A stretch of 63,177 nt of DNA, filler included, from Neolecta irregularis DAH-3 (taxonomy: Eukaryota): NCBI GenBank assembly GCA_001929475.1. It is 11 parts of 11 records of this genome, joined end to end, with 100 filler letters (N's around TTAATTAATTAA, not from the genome) between each part and the next. Parts side by side here need not be neighbours in the genome. Positions count along the whole stretch, not along the records: positions 1 to 4,230 come from LXFE01000883.1; positions 4,331 to 10,709 come from LXFE01000884.1; positions 10,810 to 23,751 come from LXFE01000886.1; 8 more parts are not named here. One strand, 5' to 3'. The position numbers and the translations under genes were made by a program. The notes under the pieces are model-generated. The model searched no databases, had not been told where the DNA came from, and saw only the letters and a list, made by a program, of their open reading frames with translations. Below, piece after piece: positions 1 to 11,100 of the stretch. Numbering within the stretch: the stretch's first letter is position 1; the number at the start of each line of letters is the position of its first letter.

Positions 1-158
1 AGTACGTTTACTTAGGCTAGTTATATCACTTGGTCTTATCGTACTTCTAAGCGCATAGCTTACAAGTAAGTCCAGACTTGCAAGTAAAATAGCAAGTAAG
101 TCCAAGTAAGTAAGTCCAAAGTCCAGACTTGGACTTACTTACTTATTAGCAAGTCTGG
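1..158. repeat. Dispersed repeat end with AAGTAAGTCC sub-repeats and a 16-bp inverted repeat; probable non-autonomous transposon remnant
   Basis: Bases 1-53 are identical to 48643-48695. AAGTAAGTAAGTCCAA (104-119) is the perfect reverse complement of 129-144. Confidence 0.6.
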
Positions 159-1139
159 TTGTGTGAAAATGTTCTAATGAGTGTTATCAAGATGAATAAA
201 TTCAATGATATGCACATGTAACCCGAAATCAACTGATGAACTTGCTCAGCAGGCAAGCAACGCTGAGTGCATGGATAACAGGTGATTAAGCAGATTCTGC
301 TGCCAGGCTTACATAATTCGAAATGGTAGTCAGGGCAACGACGGTAAGCTGCGAGATCTCCAGAGCTAAAGATGCATAAAACTCATTTCTTACCTTTTGA
401 CTTGAAAATCTCCTCGATGGAAACCTATCAATATATAGTAAATAATTGCTGAGACCACAGCCTAAAGCTACCCGTTCAGGAAAGAGTTTTATTTAGCTGT
501 GCCCCTTTATATTTACATTTGTCAATGAAGTTTCCTTAAAACAAGGGACCCATTGGACATCGGTAGAGCTGAGAGTAACGCCGTTAGGGTTTCGTGAATG
601 TGTTCTCCAAAAAACAAAGCGCTCTTCAGGATTTGCGGTTGTTCTGCGGAGAGCAGGGAGCTTCCTTCATATAGAGGGAATTAAAGAAAACTAATTCACT
701 TGGATTGGAATCTCTCAGAGCCAATTCGTGGTGCCTAGTCAGCTGAGGTCCCGAGGTGATGTAAACTGTGCAACCTCAATTAATCGAGTGCCAGCTCCTG
801 AAATTTTCATCTATAGATTTATCAAATATCACTCTTGTTAACTCTTCAAAAACTTCCAAAGAATGATTAAATGATTAAAATCAACTACTCAATTGCCAAA
901 AATATCTTCTGTTATATTATTTTCCCGATTATCTTCATGATTAGCCTAAATTGACTATTTTTAGTAATTGTTATTTCGTAATCAAGCGTATGGAGGTAAC
1001 GTTAACTGCGAATTGACCGATATCGGCATAATGCCTTTAGCAAGATTTATTGTGTTACAGTGCGTTAAGAAATCTATATAAATCCGCCATATTCTCTCCA
1101 ATTCTTTTCCATCAATAAGATCCATCAATCCATTCAGTC

Positions 1140-1764
1140 ATGCAGTTCACTTCAACAATTGTTGCCACTCTATTCGCTGTTACGGCCTTTGCATCTCCAC
1201 TCAAGGTGCGCCAGAACGACCAATCTCCAATATACCCTGGAGTACGCCTTTCATCCAATCTTTGCTGATAAAAAAGCTTTTTGTTCCCCTTCGCCAAGAC
1301 CAACCGGAGACTGCGTTTGGAAACCAGCCAACGGCATTCATCAGTCAACAGGACAACCAAAGTAAAATCACTACGTTGACATCCTTCAACCTCGATCCAA
1401 ACTACAACACCTGTTCTCTTTCATTCAAGGTTTCGCAAGGTGAAGGACAACTTTATTCCTTCACTGGAACCCAATCATTTGCAGTTTATCCATCCTCAGG
1501 TTTCTCATATTCCGATGTCACTTGGAATACACAACCTCAGCCTGCAACCCAGTCTTATGGTGTTATTCAAATTAATACGCAAGGAGAGAGCAATCAGCTT
1601 TCTTTCCCATGCCAACATCCTTATAACGAATTGTTGTTGACACCAGCTGATGACAATAACGTTGATGTTCGTCTCACCGATGTGAAACAAATGCTGATGT
1701 TCAGATTTGGTGGACTGAATTGGATAACCCGACCGTTGGTCTAGTCTTGACTCAGAGCACTTGA
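1140..1764 (+). CDS. Secreted But2 C-terminal-domain-like protein, paralog A (3 exons)
   Basis: Signal peptide MQFTSTIVATLFAVTAFASP. Introns 1242-1276 and 1667-1704. The spliced product YPGLFVP..TCSLSF..VTWNTQP..FPC..NPTVGLVL follows the fungal But2-domain pattern. Confidence 0.75.
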
Positions 1765-3057
1765 TGGGCGCGAAACCGCACAAGCTCGACTCTATCAATT
1801 TTTATTAATGTGACGTCTTACGTAGAAGAATGAAGAATGACTTTCTATTTTTTTTGAAGCAAATTAATTGAAAAACCATAATATTTACATTTTTCTGACT
1901 ATTTATTCGGTATATCAATCATCTCATCTTATTGACGACCGAATTGGAAATTCCGATCGTCAAACTTGGAAAGTGTGGCTGGTGTGTCCCCCCGCCAGCC
2001 CCCGCCCACCGCAGGGTCTCCGACGGGCGGGCGGGTTGGCGGTTGGTCTTTTTTGACAATTTATATAGGTGCAATACAATATTCACTAAATAACCAAAAT
2101 AACAGATATAAAATGGTTTCTATCTGGCCATTTCTTTCGTTGGTGAAGCATGCTGCACCTACTCCCCAAGTTTACGTCGAATCATCCTGATCACTATGTC
2201 ACGTGATCAGTGACAATCTTGCGAGCATAACCTGGAGCAAATTGCAGTCAATTCACAGTTGAACAACCAACCAACGGATTCAAACGGAGCAAAGAGATTG
2301 TAACAAATTTGTTATCATAAATCCCACGCCGTTGAAAGATAATCTAAAGCAATATGCTTTGTTCTATTGCAACGATTCGACGTAAGGTGATGCATGATCG
2401 ATATCGGAGAGGTACAAGAAAACCAAGTCAATGTGAGATTAAATTTCTCTGAGTCAAATCAGATGCCTAGTCACTTTGACATCCCGAGATGATCAAAACT
2501 AGGAAATCTATCACACAGAATCTTTGGAAAATATTTTAGCATATTGGTTAATACATCCTCTTATCAGTCTCCTGGATACTATTGTCACACCTTCTCTCAC
2601 ATCATCATCTTCCTAATCATCTTTATCCCCACTCCTATTAGCTATCCCCATTTGGATCCTTATACTTGACACCGGGCTTGAAACAATATACTACGCTATA
2701 CATTTTATCCCTATGTTCCTTCTGTGGGACCCGCTCAACCACCCACCGGAGCACTTCCCGGCGGGCGGGCAATTGGACACACTGTTTGGGGATCCCTGGG
2801 ATGGAGTATATGGGAGCACTGCTAATTTAACCGCCCGCCTATCGGAGGGTCTGACGGGCGGCTGGACACTGTCCATGATAGCCTAAATTGACTATTTTTA
2901 GTGATTTTTATTCGTGATCAACTGATTTCAGACTAAGATAACAGTGGGCTGAACGATATCGTCATAATGCATTAGCAAAATTCAGTGTGTTGCACTATAT
3001 AAACCCGCTATATTCTCGCCAATTCTCCATCAAGAAGATCCATCAATCGATTCAGCC

Positions 3058-3687
3058 ATGCAATTCACAGTATTCTCCGCCATTCTATTCACGACTATGG
3101 CCGTCGCGTCTCCAACCGCTACCCCAGCGAATACAAATATTATTTATCCTGTAGTGCGCCATTCTTTGGCTTTTTATTAAAAAGCAGGTTCTTGTTCCCC
3201 TTGACGAGCGAAATGCCGATTCAAACCTCTTTGGAGCCTCTGGGTCCAATGGTCTCATCGCTAGCTCGAATGGCAATGATCGAGTGTATACGTTGGCTTC
3301 CTTCGATATTGACAAGACCAAGACTCAATGTACTCTTAAATTTGTGATTACCGAAAATCCAGGTCAACCAGGGCCGGGTCTCTTCGGAGACAACCTGAGA
3401 TTTGATGTCTGGGCGTACCAAGATTTCGACTCTAAAACTGTAACTTGGAATAATCAAGGCCCCCGAGGGGACTACTATGGTAGAATTTACGTTATTCGAA
3501 ACGCAGAGAGCAGTCAAATTCATTTCCAATGCGCATCGTCTTCTATCTCTTTGCTGTTGATGCCAGTTGATAATGATGTGGTTGACGTTCGTCTCTTGGA
3601 TGTGACACAAATGCTGATGTTCAGATTGGTTGGGTAGAACAAGTTCAGCCTCTTGTTGGTCTGATCATGACTCAAGCCCAAGAATAA
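3058..3687 (+). CDS. Secreted But2 C-terminal-domain-like protein, paralog B (3 exons)
   Basis: Signal peptide MQFTVFSAILFTTMAVASP. Introns 3154-3187 and 3587-3624 lie at the same positions as in paralog A. Motifs YPVVLVP..CTLKF..VTWNNQ..FQC..PLVGLIM. Confidence 0.75.
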
Positions 3688-4230
3688 GCGCTCGGCCTTA
3701 TAAATCTCCACACGTTGAATATTTTTATGCAATGTGACGTCATATGTTGACGAATACAAGATTGTTTATTTTTAGGAACAGATTAATTTTGAAACACCAA
3801 TTCTTTCTTTTAGTTGATTATTATCTAGTATATCCATCCATCTTATGACGACCGAGTTGAAAAAAGTGAGATCAGCTTTTTAGCAGTTTCAGAATTCCAA
3901 TGTGATCATTAATATCCTATGGCATAAACTTTTTGAATGACCGCGCAATTTGAAATTTCTAGTGAGGAAAGCCTGTCGCGCAGAATCCGTCCCAAGGGTC
4001 GAAGTCAGGAAAAGGATGGATGTAGAGTGATTGTAAGTTGAGGTGGATGGTAGGGTAGGAGCGGATAGGGTTCTTAGAGTTGTGCTTTTATCTTTGAAAT
4101 ATTCTTGAGTGATGTTCCAAGAAAGAGGGGCGGAGGACTAATCTATATACCTGCAGAACTCAATATACTTCCTTCCAGTACACGCTGTAGGTTAAAAAAG
4201 GAAAAGCTAAGCTAAGCCCCGTTTTATATA

Positions 4231-4330
4231 NNNNNNNNNNNNNNNNNNNNNNNNNNNNNNNNNNNNNNNNNNNNTTAATTAATTAANNNNNNNNNNNNNN
4301 NNNNNNNNNNNNNNNNNNNNNNNNNNNNNN
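4231..4330. other. Artificial contig spacer (N-run + TTAATTAATTAA + N-run); others near 10711, 23752, 42571, 48530, 54110, 57488, 59336, 60562, 62001
   Basis: The same approximately 100-nt design with a six-frame stop linker occurs ten times. Confidence 0.98.
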
Positions 4331-5084
4331 GGAAGATGCACCGGTAGCACGGCCCCGCCACGTCCGTCAGCACCAGCAGCTGCCCGTCGCTGCGGATCGC
4401 CGCCCCGGAGATCAGCCCGATCCCCCGCGCCCGGCACACGTCCGAGATCAGGTACCGCGTAAACGGCCGGTCCGTGCAGTCAAGCACAAGGTCGTACCCC
4501 CGCACGCTGGCCGCCCCGTTCTCCGGCGAGATATGCTGCCGGTGCCCCCGCAGTCGCACGTGTGGGTTCAGTCTGCATCAGCATGGTCCCCGTCTTGCGT
4601 ACCGTTGTAGATACTCGATCGCACTGTCCACCTTGGATATCCCTGCCCGCGTGTGCAGTATCTGCCGGTGCAGGTTGCTCTCTTCAACTGTATCCCCGTC
4701 CATGATTCCAATAGTGCCTCGTTAGTACTGGGTGAAGGAGGATGTACCAAAGCCAGATGAGGTGAGGTAGAGTAGTGCAGGGCACCCAAGGCCCCCGGCG
4801 CCGATTACAAGAACCCGGAATGATTTGAGTCGGAGTTGCCCGGGGAGTCCGATGCTCGGGAGGATTAGTTGTCGCGAATATCGACGGTATTCAGCGAGCG
4901 ATAGCGATGCCCGAGGCGATAGCCGTGCGGATATTGGCGATCGAGGAATACATCCACCAGGCGATAGCCGAGATAGAGACCAGCCCGATAGCGATGCATT
5001 AGATTCATACGACCCATACGACCCATACGAGTCATACGAGTCATACCGGTCATACGAGTCATCATCATCTTCAAATTCGTACAT
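4331..5084 (-). CDS. UBA4: Uba4/MOCS3 adenylyltransferase-sulfurtransferase (ThiF family), 3'-truncated by the gap
   Basis: [62 protein letters not shown]. 30-nt intron at 4718-4747. Confidence 0.9.
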
Positions 5085-5999
5085 GTCTGTTGAGAGAAAT
5101 TTTATACATCACGTGAGATCCTGCTCTAATATTATTACTACAATATTACTATTAATAAGAAAAATGCTCTTCGGCTAAATTACCCACCTGTCAATGAACA
5201 CATGCCACTATTGGTTATTTCTTGTTGACGCAGGAAAAAAAGCTTTGAGATTTTCATCACCACTAAAGCTAGCTTCAATTTGCGTCGCCTCTACAAAATC
5301 CCTTAACCGAGTACCTTTTATCTTCTCCTATTTCTTCTTAACTATTATCTATGTATATGAAACAGACCTAGATTCATGGAAAGTTCCTACGAGAAGTTGC
5401 TCTTCCCAGAGTGCCTTCAAAATATGGCGTTGACTTTTCTGCAAATACTCGGCGAGAATATTGGTCAGGCATTACCACTCAGTTCAATGAGAAATATCGG
5501 TTTTTACTTTCTGCTATGCAGCTACTCATTGGTTTCCCTAACGTCGGAGAGTATATTATCATATTCGGCAGACCGGCTCAAAATGAAGACGATCCAAATA
5601 TCGCATATTTCAATTTTTTCAGAACAGTGTTGTTATTCATCACATCGGAGACCCTCTCCTGAAGTATTCTAAGATCTTTGAAGAATTGATGATTCTGCTC
5701 GGCCTCACATATCCATCTCGCCAGCCTCTTCCATCTCGCCCTCCTCTCCCGGCTTGCGTGCCCGCCTCTCCAGCTTTCCTGCATTTAAGTATCATTGTTA
5801 ATAAGATATACTATATCTATTCAATTCTGCTTTGCTGGTTGGCTCTGCTGGCTTCAACTTCAGATACTATCATTTCACAAACTGCCCTTATACAACATCA
5901 CACTTTTCATCAAAGTCATTTTCAAATTCTAATCTTTGAAATATAGGTTGTAAAATATAGGTTACTTATTGGCTGTTTCTACATACATCAGGATATCTT

Positions 6000-6527
6000 C
6001 TATTCTTGAGCTTCGCTAGGGCGGGGTGGGAGGTTAGATTCTCCATCTCTTCTGGGAGGTTTTAACACTTCGATACGACCTAAAAGTTCAAAAACTGACC
6101 GGGAGGTAGTTGATAAACATACTGACTAAGACTTGTAGACTTGAGTGCTTTCGGCCCTCTGCTTCATAAACGACCTGGTTAGGCGTTCCTTCGACGAGAA
6201 TACGTGCTCTACCAGTTTAATCAACGTATTTTAAATGGACGAGGCACCCTTTGCCGCCTCGCTCGTTTAATACCGAGATGTCTTTGTCAATGAAAGCAGT
6301 GCATCGAAACCAATTAGTCTTGTCGGCTATCGTGTATTAGAGGTTTGCTGTCGCTGATATGTTCAAGTACGTCCGGCATTCACAGCTAATGCATATTTCG
6401 CATAATGTCTGCCTGTCGGTGTTTGTCCGTTCTCGATATCGCTTCCGATATTGCCAACTAGGGTTATTCGCGAAAAGTTTGCAGGCGTAGAGGTGGAGAA
6501 CGTTCTTCGGGCTACTTGTCGAAGCAT
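6000..6527 (-). CDS. RIM1: Mitochondrial single-stranded DNA-binding protein (multi-exon; not in the ORF track)
   Basis: Manual translation MLRQVARRTFSTSTPANFSRITLVGNIGSD..YALAVN..KTNWFRCTAF..ILVEG: presequence plus SSB OB-fold motifs. Confidence 0.85.
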
Positions 6528-6632
6528 TGTAGATGAGTTTAAACCGAAGAGGGGATGTGAGAAAGTGCCGAGCGAGGCAAAGTTAAAACCCCCTCAATTG
6601 CCGTAAATTAGCCTTTCTGCGCGAGCGTCCTC

Positions 6633-7002
6633 ATGAGTCAGTCCCAGCTACTCAGAGCATATAGAAGCCTCTGGAGGACAATTCTGGGCAAGTTTCGGGG
6701 TAAAATCTCTTAGAAATGAAGATTGATATACTATAGATGACCCAATAGCCCTCGTGGCTGCTCACCAGCGGTTGCGTTCCGAATTTGCTACTTTTAGAAA
6801 GTCTTCCGAAGAAGGGCTTGCACTAGCAAAAGATGTAGAGCAGATTTTGCGCAAGAATGTCGTACGAGCAACAAAAGAAGGCAATCTAATGAGTTTATAT
6901 CCTGCACTTGATACCTCTAACATTATAGGGATGGAATTATCAGAAGAAGCAGAGATGGGCGATAACACAAAAGAGTACGCTGGGAAGAAACGATGGGACT
7001 AA
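6633..7002 (+). CDS. MZM1: LYR-motif complex III assembly factor (Mzm1/LYRM7-like)
   Basis: MSQSQLLRAYRSLWR..F.DD..L.AA..RLRSEF..AKDVEQILRKNVV..EMGDN, with two short introns. Confidence 0.75.
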
Positions 7003-7150
7003 TTGCTTCTCCGCAATAACAATCAATCAAGAATATCTACCCCGGCCTCCTTGGAATTTTCGAAAAATAAGTGTAGGTGTGCTAAAATATCAAGAACGAC
7101 GTGTTACGCGCAAGTATAGACCTACACTTGTGTGGAACATTAATCCAAGC

Positions 7151-7178
7151 GATAAAGATAAGACTATCTTACGATAGG
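7151..7178 (+). promoter_or_regulatory. Cluster of GATA motifs upstream of the urea transporter (possible nitrogen-regulation sites)
   Basis: GATAAAGATAAG..TATC..GATAG about 300 bp upstream of the ATG. DUR3 genes are known GATA-factor targets in fungi. Confidence 0.4.
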
Positions 7179-7468
7179 AAGAACTGTGACGCATCAGTTT
7201 TCCATTTTTCGCTGCTACCCTCACACAGCTTTGTAGAGGAATTATTTATAACTCTGAACCGTGATCTGTAATTGGTGTCTAAATTCAGTCAACTTCACCC
7301 CCAATGGTAGATTATGAGTTAACGCAAATGATGATGATAGAGACTGAAGACGAAAATAAAGAAGCTAGGGGCAGAAGAACTAAAAGGGAAACACTAGGCC
7401 TGAATCTTTTTTCCATGGTTGTACAGCAGTTATAAGAATCGTATCTGTCACATTACTGGCCTGTAACT

Positions 7469-9913
7469 ATGCCGGGCGATCCTCCACTATCGAGTACTGT
7501 CGGCTACCTTATAGTCATCTTCTTGAGTCTCTTTTTCGCTCTGGGGATGAACGCAACGACATCATTGCTTAAACGGTATCTCTGGCTTGATAGAAAATAA
7601 TTAAAACTGAAAGATACACAGGCGAAACCCAGACAAGCGAACAATTTAATACGGCGAATCGAAGCGTAAAGACGGGTTTGGTCGCAGCCGCTGTGGTATC
7701 TAGTTGGACATGGGCTGCTACGTATCAAAGCCGTTAGTGGAAGTTAAATTTGATCCAAGACTCCTTCAAAGTAGCGGGGTTGCCTATCGATATGGAGTAT
7801 CTGGACCATTCTGGTACGCTGCTGGAGCCACGGTTCAGATATTACTTTTCGCGGTGCTGGCGATCGAATTGAAGAGACGAGCACCTAATGCACATACTTT
7901 TCTTGAAGTGATTCGAGCGCGATACGGGATATATGGGTATTTTGACCGCATAGAGTTCAGCTCACCTCTAGACATGCTGTGTATATGATATTCGGACTCT
8001 TGACGAATATACTTGTGACTGCCATGTTACTGACGGGAGGAAGCGCGGTACGTTAACCCGATGTGCCAGACTTATAGACAGGTCATAACTGCATTAACCG
8101 GGATGCCTACTGCCATAGCTTGTTTTCTATTGCCAGTAGGTGTTGTCGTGTATACTACTTTTGGAGGCATAAAAGCGACCTTTCTAGTATGCTTGATACT
8201 GATATTGCACTAACCGTGATAGACAGACTATGTGTGAGAAGCCTTCCAAGTTCATTTCAAATTAATGACAGCCATACTTTGGTCATACTTGTTATAGTTA
8301 TAGTTTTTAGCGTGACGGTATATGTATCATCGCCATTAGTTGGGTCTCCGGGAGAAATGTGGAATTTATTACAAGGCGCTTCTGCATCTCACCCGGTAAG
8401 GTTGCTCAGTACAAATCGAGTCATATCTTTAGGTCCAGGGAAATTCTGAGGGAAGTTACTTGACAATGAAAAGTCATCAAGGTGCCATTTTCTTTGTCAT
8501 AAACATCATTGGGAATTTTGGGACGGTATTCATGGATCAAGGATATTTTCAAAAGGGTGCGTTTCTACCAAGAATATCGCCAAGTCTAAGCCATCGCGGC
8601 GGACCCCGTTTCTGCTTTGCCTGGTTATATTCTTGGAGGATTGAGCTGGTTCGCTATTCCATGGTTAATCAGGTACCCAAGCTCGTTGCTTGTCATTTTC
8701 TTACAGACAGCACAACAATGGGCCTTGCTTGCGTCGCGCTGGAATCTAATCCCAAGTTTCCAACTTCGCCAAACCGCATGTCAGTTCAACAAGTAAATTC
8801 TGGACTCGTCTTGCCGTATGCTGCAGTTACTCTTCTTGGCTCTGGAGGTGGTATGACTCAAGCGCAGATTGTTGAGCTCAATTGCAGCTGTTGCGACATT
8901 GCTTCTTGTGTTTATGGCCGTCACTTCAGCAATGTCTGCAGAGGTATGCTTGATTCTGCCTTTGATTGAAGGATAGCTCATTGCCGTCTCCTCGATCTTC
9001 ACCTATGACATCTATCGGTATTTGTACTTTACATCAATTCTCATGATTATATGCTACATAAATCCGAAAGCCACAGGAAAAGAATTGATCATGGCCAGTC
9101 ACACTGCTGTGGTAGCGTTTGGGGTATTGATGGCAGGATTGTCGACGGCATTGTATTATGTCAATGTCAGTATGGGGTACCTTTATCTCCTGATGGGCGT
9201 CATCATTAGCTCTGCGGCATCTCTTTACAAAAACTATTCTTATGCCACAGGTTCTTCCTGCGGCGTTGACATTGCTATGGAAGCGGCAGTCCCTACTTGC
9301 CGCTGTTCTTTCACCGCCATTGGGTCTTTTATGTGCGTTATGCACTTGGTTGGGAGTTACCAAGCAAAAATATGGCGAGATCAGTATTGAAACATCCGGC
9401 CAAAAGCAAGTATGCCTTGGGCCAGAGGTATTGACTTCAAGTGGTCCAATGATTGCGGGAAATGCGGTTGCGCTTCTGAGTCCAATTATGTTCATTGCTG
9501 TTTTAACTCTGATAAAGCCGGATAACTACGATTTCGAGAGTATGAGGAGGATTTCTCTTGTTGACGATGTCGATAAAAGAGATATGATGGCAGATGCGAC
9601 TACTGGAGCCGCTCTTGCACGGGCGTCCCAAATTGCTAAAATCATTTCAATAGCATTAACGCTAATATTGATTGTTATTTGGCCGTTGCCTTTATATGCG
9701 ACAGGCTATGTATTTAGCAAAGGATTTTTCAGCGCATGGTACGTGGGTCATTTCCCGTTTTCTTATGGTAGGATTGTTGTTGGCAACGCTTGGATCATTT
9801 TCTCGTTGTTTGCTGTTGGGTTATTCCCTGTATGGCAAGGACGGAACGCGATCATGACAATGATTAAAAGTATGTACTGGGAAGCAATTCACAGAGGTGA
9901 AACTGTAAAGTAG
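7469..9913 (+). CDS. DUR3: Urea active transporter (sodium:solute symporter family), many short introns
   Basis: [79 protein letters not shown]. Confidence 0.95.
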
Positions 9914-10152
9914 AAAGACACCAATTTCTATGCACACCGTTCTATCACCGCCCACCTTGTAAAGCACGACAAACTACCTACATTACCTGCCACCAGCTAA
10001 ACAATAACAGACACAAGGGATAAACTGACAACGACAAAGAAAGAGAATGAATGACCGTGTTAAATCCTTTTTCCCAAAGAGAAGAATAAACCGAGTAAAA
10101 ATAACCAATGCCGAAGGAAACCAAGAAAAGAGGACAGTAAAACCGCAGCCCA

Positions 10153-10710
10153 TCAAAAGCCGCGACTTAGAAGCAAGCCCTCGCTTTTTGCGCGCTCGGG
10201 AAGGGAGTGCATGTTGTAGTCCATACCCAGGAAACTCAGAGGGGATCTCAAAGAATAGGTTGGTCTTGAATAGGCCGAGAGATCGAGTTCGTTTGAATTT
10301 GAGTAGACGTAATTGGGCGGGGTGCTACTCATCTCTGGACTGGATTCCTCGCAGGTGCTGATCATGGGCGGAACTGCCGATGAATGTGAGCTGCTAGAGG
10401 AGCAAGTCCGTTGGTGCATTTTGTTGTGTTGTTTAAGATTATCTGATCGTGAGAATTTCTTGGGACATAAAGTGCACGAGTATGGTTTTTCCTGGGTATG
10501 TGTACGGACATGCCTGCTTGTTAGAGGGGGGGGTTAGAAAATATCGACCTTTTGAGATGTTCCAGGCGTTTAAACAGCTTGCTGCAGTTTGGAATTGGGC
10601 AGGTGAATGTTTTCCCGTTTTCGTATTCTGCGCCGAGGCCGGTTGACTGTTCGATGCCGTGTGAGAGTAGACGATTTAAACGGATGGGAGCCGCGGCGGG
10701 GCCCGAGCCN
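10153..10710 (-). CDS. STE12: C-terminal part of a Ste12/SteA-like transcription factor with two C2H2 fingers (5'-truncated)
   Basis: [54 protein letters not shown] matches the SteA-type finger pair. The STE domain would lie in the gap. Confidence 0.7.
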
Positions 10711-10809
10711 NNNNNNNNNNNNNNNNNNNNNNNNNNNNNNNNNNNNNNNNNNNTTAATTAATTAANNNNNNNNNNNNNNNNNNNNNNNNNNNNNNNNNNN
10801 NNNNNNNNN

Positions 10810-11100
10810 TTTATTAGTGATATCAAATAAATCGTACTCTTTTTGTAGCCATCTTTCGGACCTGCTCCTTTATTAGTGATATCAAATAAATCGTACTCTT
10901 TTGGTAGTCATCTTTCGGACCTGCTCCTTTATTAGTGATATCAAATAAATCATACTCTTTTGGTAGTCATCTTTCGGACCTGCTCCTTTATTAGTGATAT
11001 CAAATAAATCGTACTCTTTTGGTAGCCATCTTTCGGACCTGCTCCTTTATTAGTGATATCAAATAAATCGTACTCTTTGAGTAGCCATCTTTCGGACCTC
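10810..11100. repeat. 59-bp tandem array (about 4.9 copies, running into the gap); each unit = 30-nt exon + 29-nt intron on the minus strand
   Basis: TTATTAG recurs at 10811, 10870, 10929, 10988 and 11047. The minus strand of each unit contains GTAYGA..CACTAAT..AAG. Confidence 0.9.

Noticed and set aside
4275-4286. Recurrent TTAATTAATTAA palindrome
   Set aside because: Always embedded in N-runs; it is an artificial linker. ORFs ending in XXXLIN are artefacts of it.
5194-5946. Short ORFs between UBA4 and RIM1
   Set aside because: No recognisable motifs and no consistent exon chain.
10810-11100. CRISPR-like array
   Set aside because: There are no unique spacers, the whole unit repeats, and the context is eukaryotic with no cas genes.
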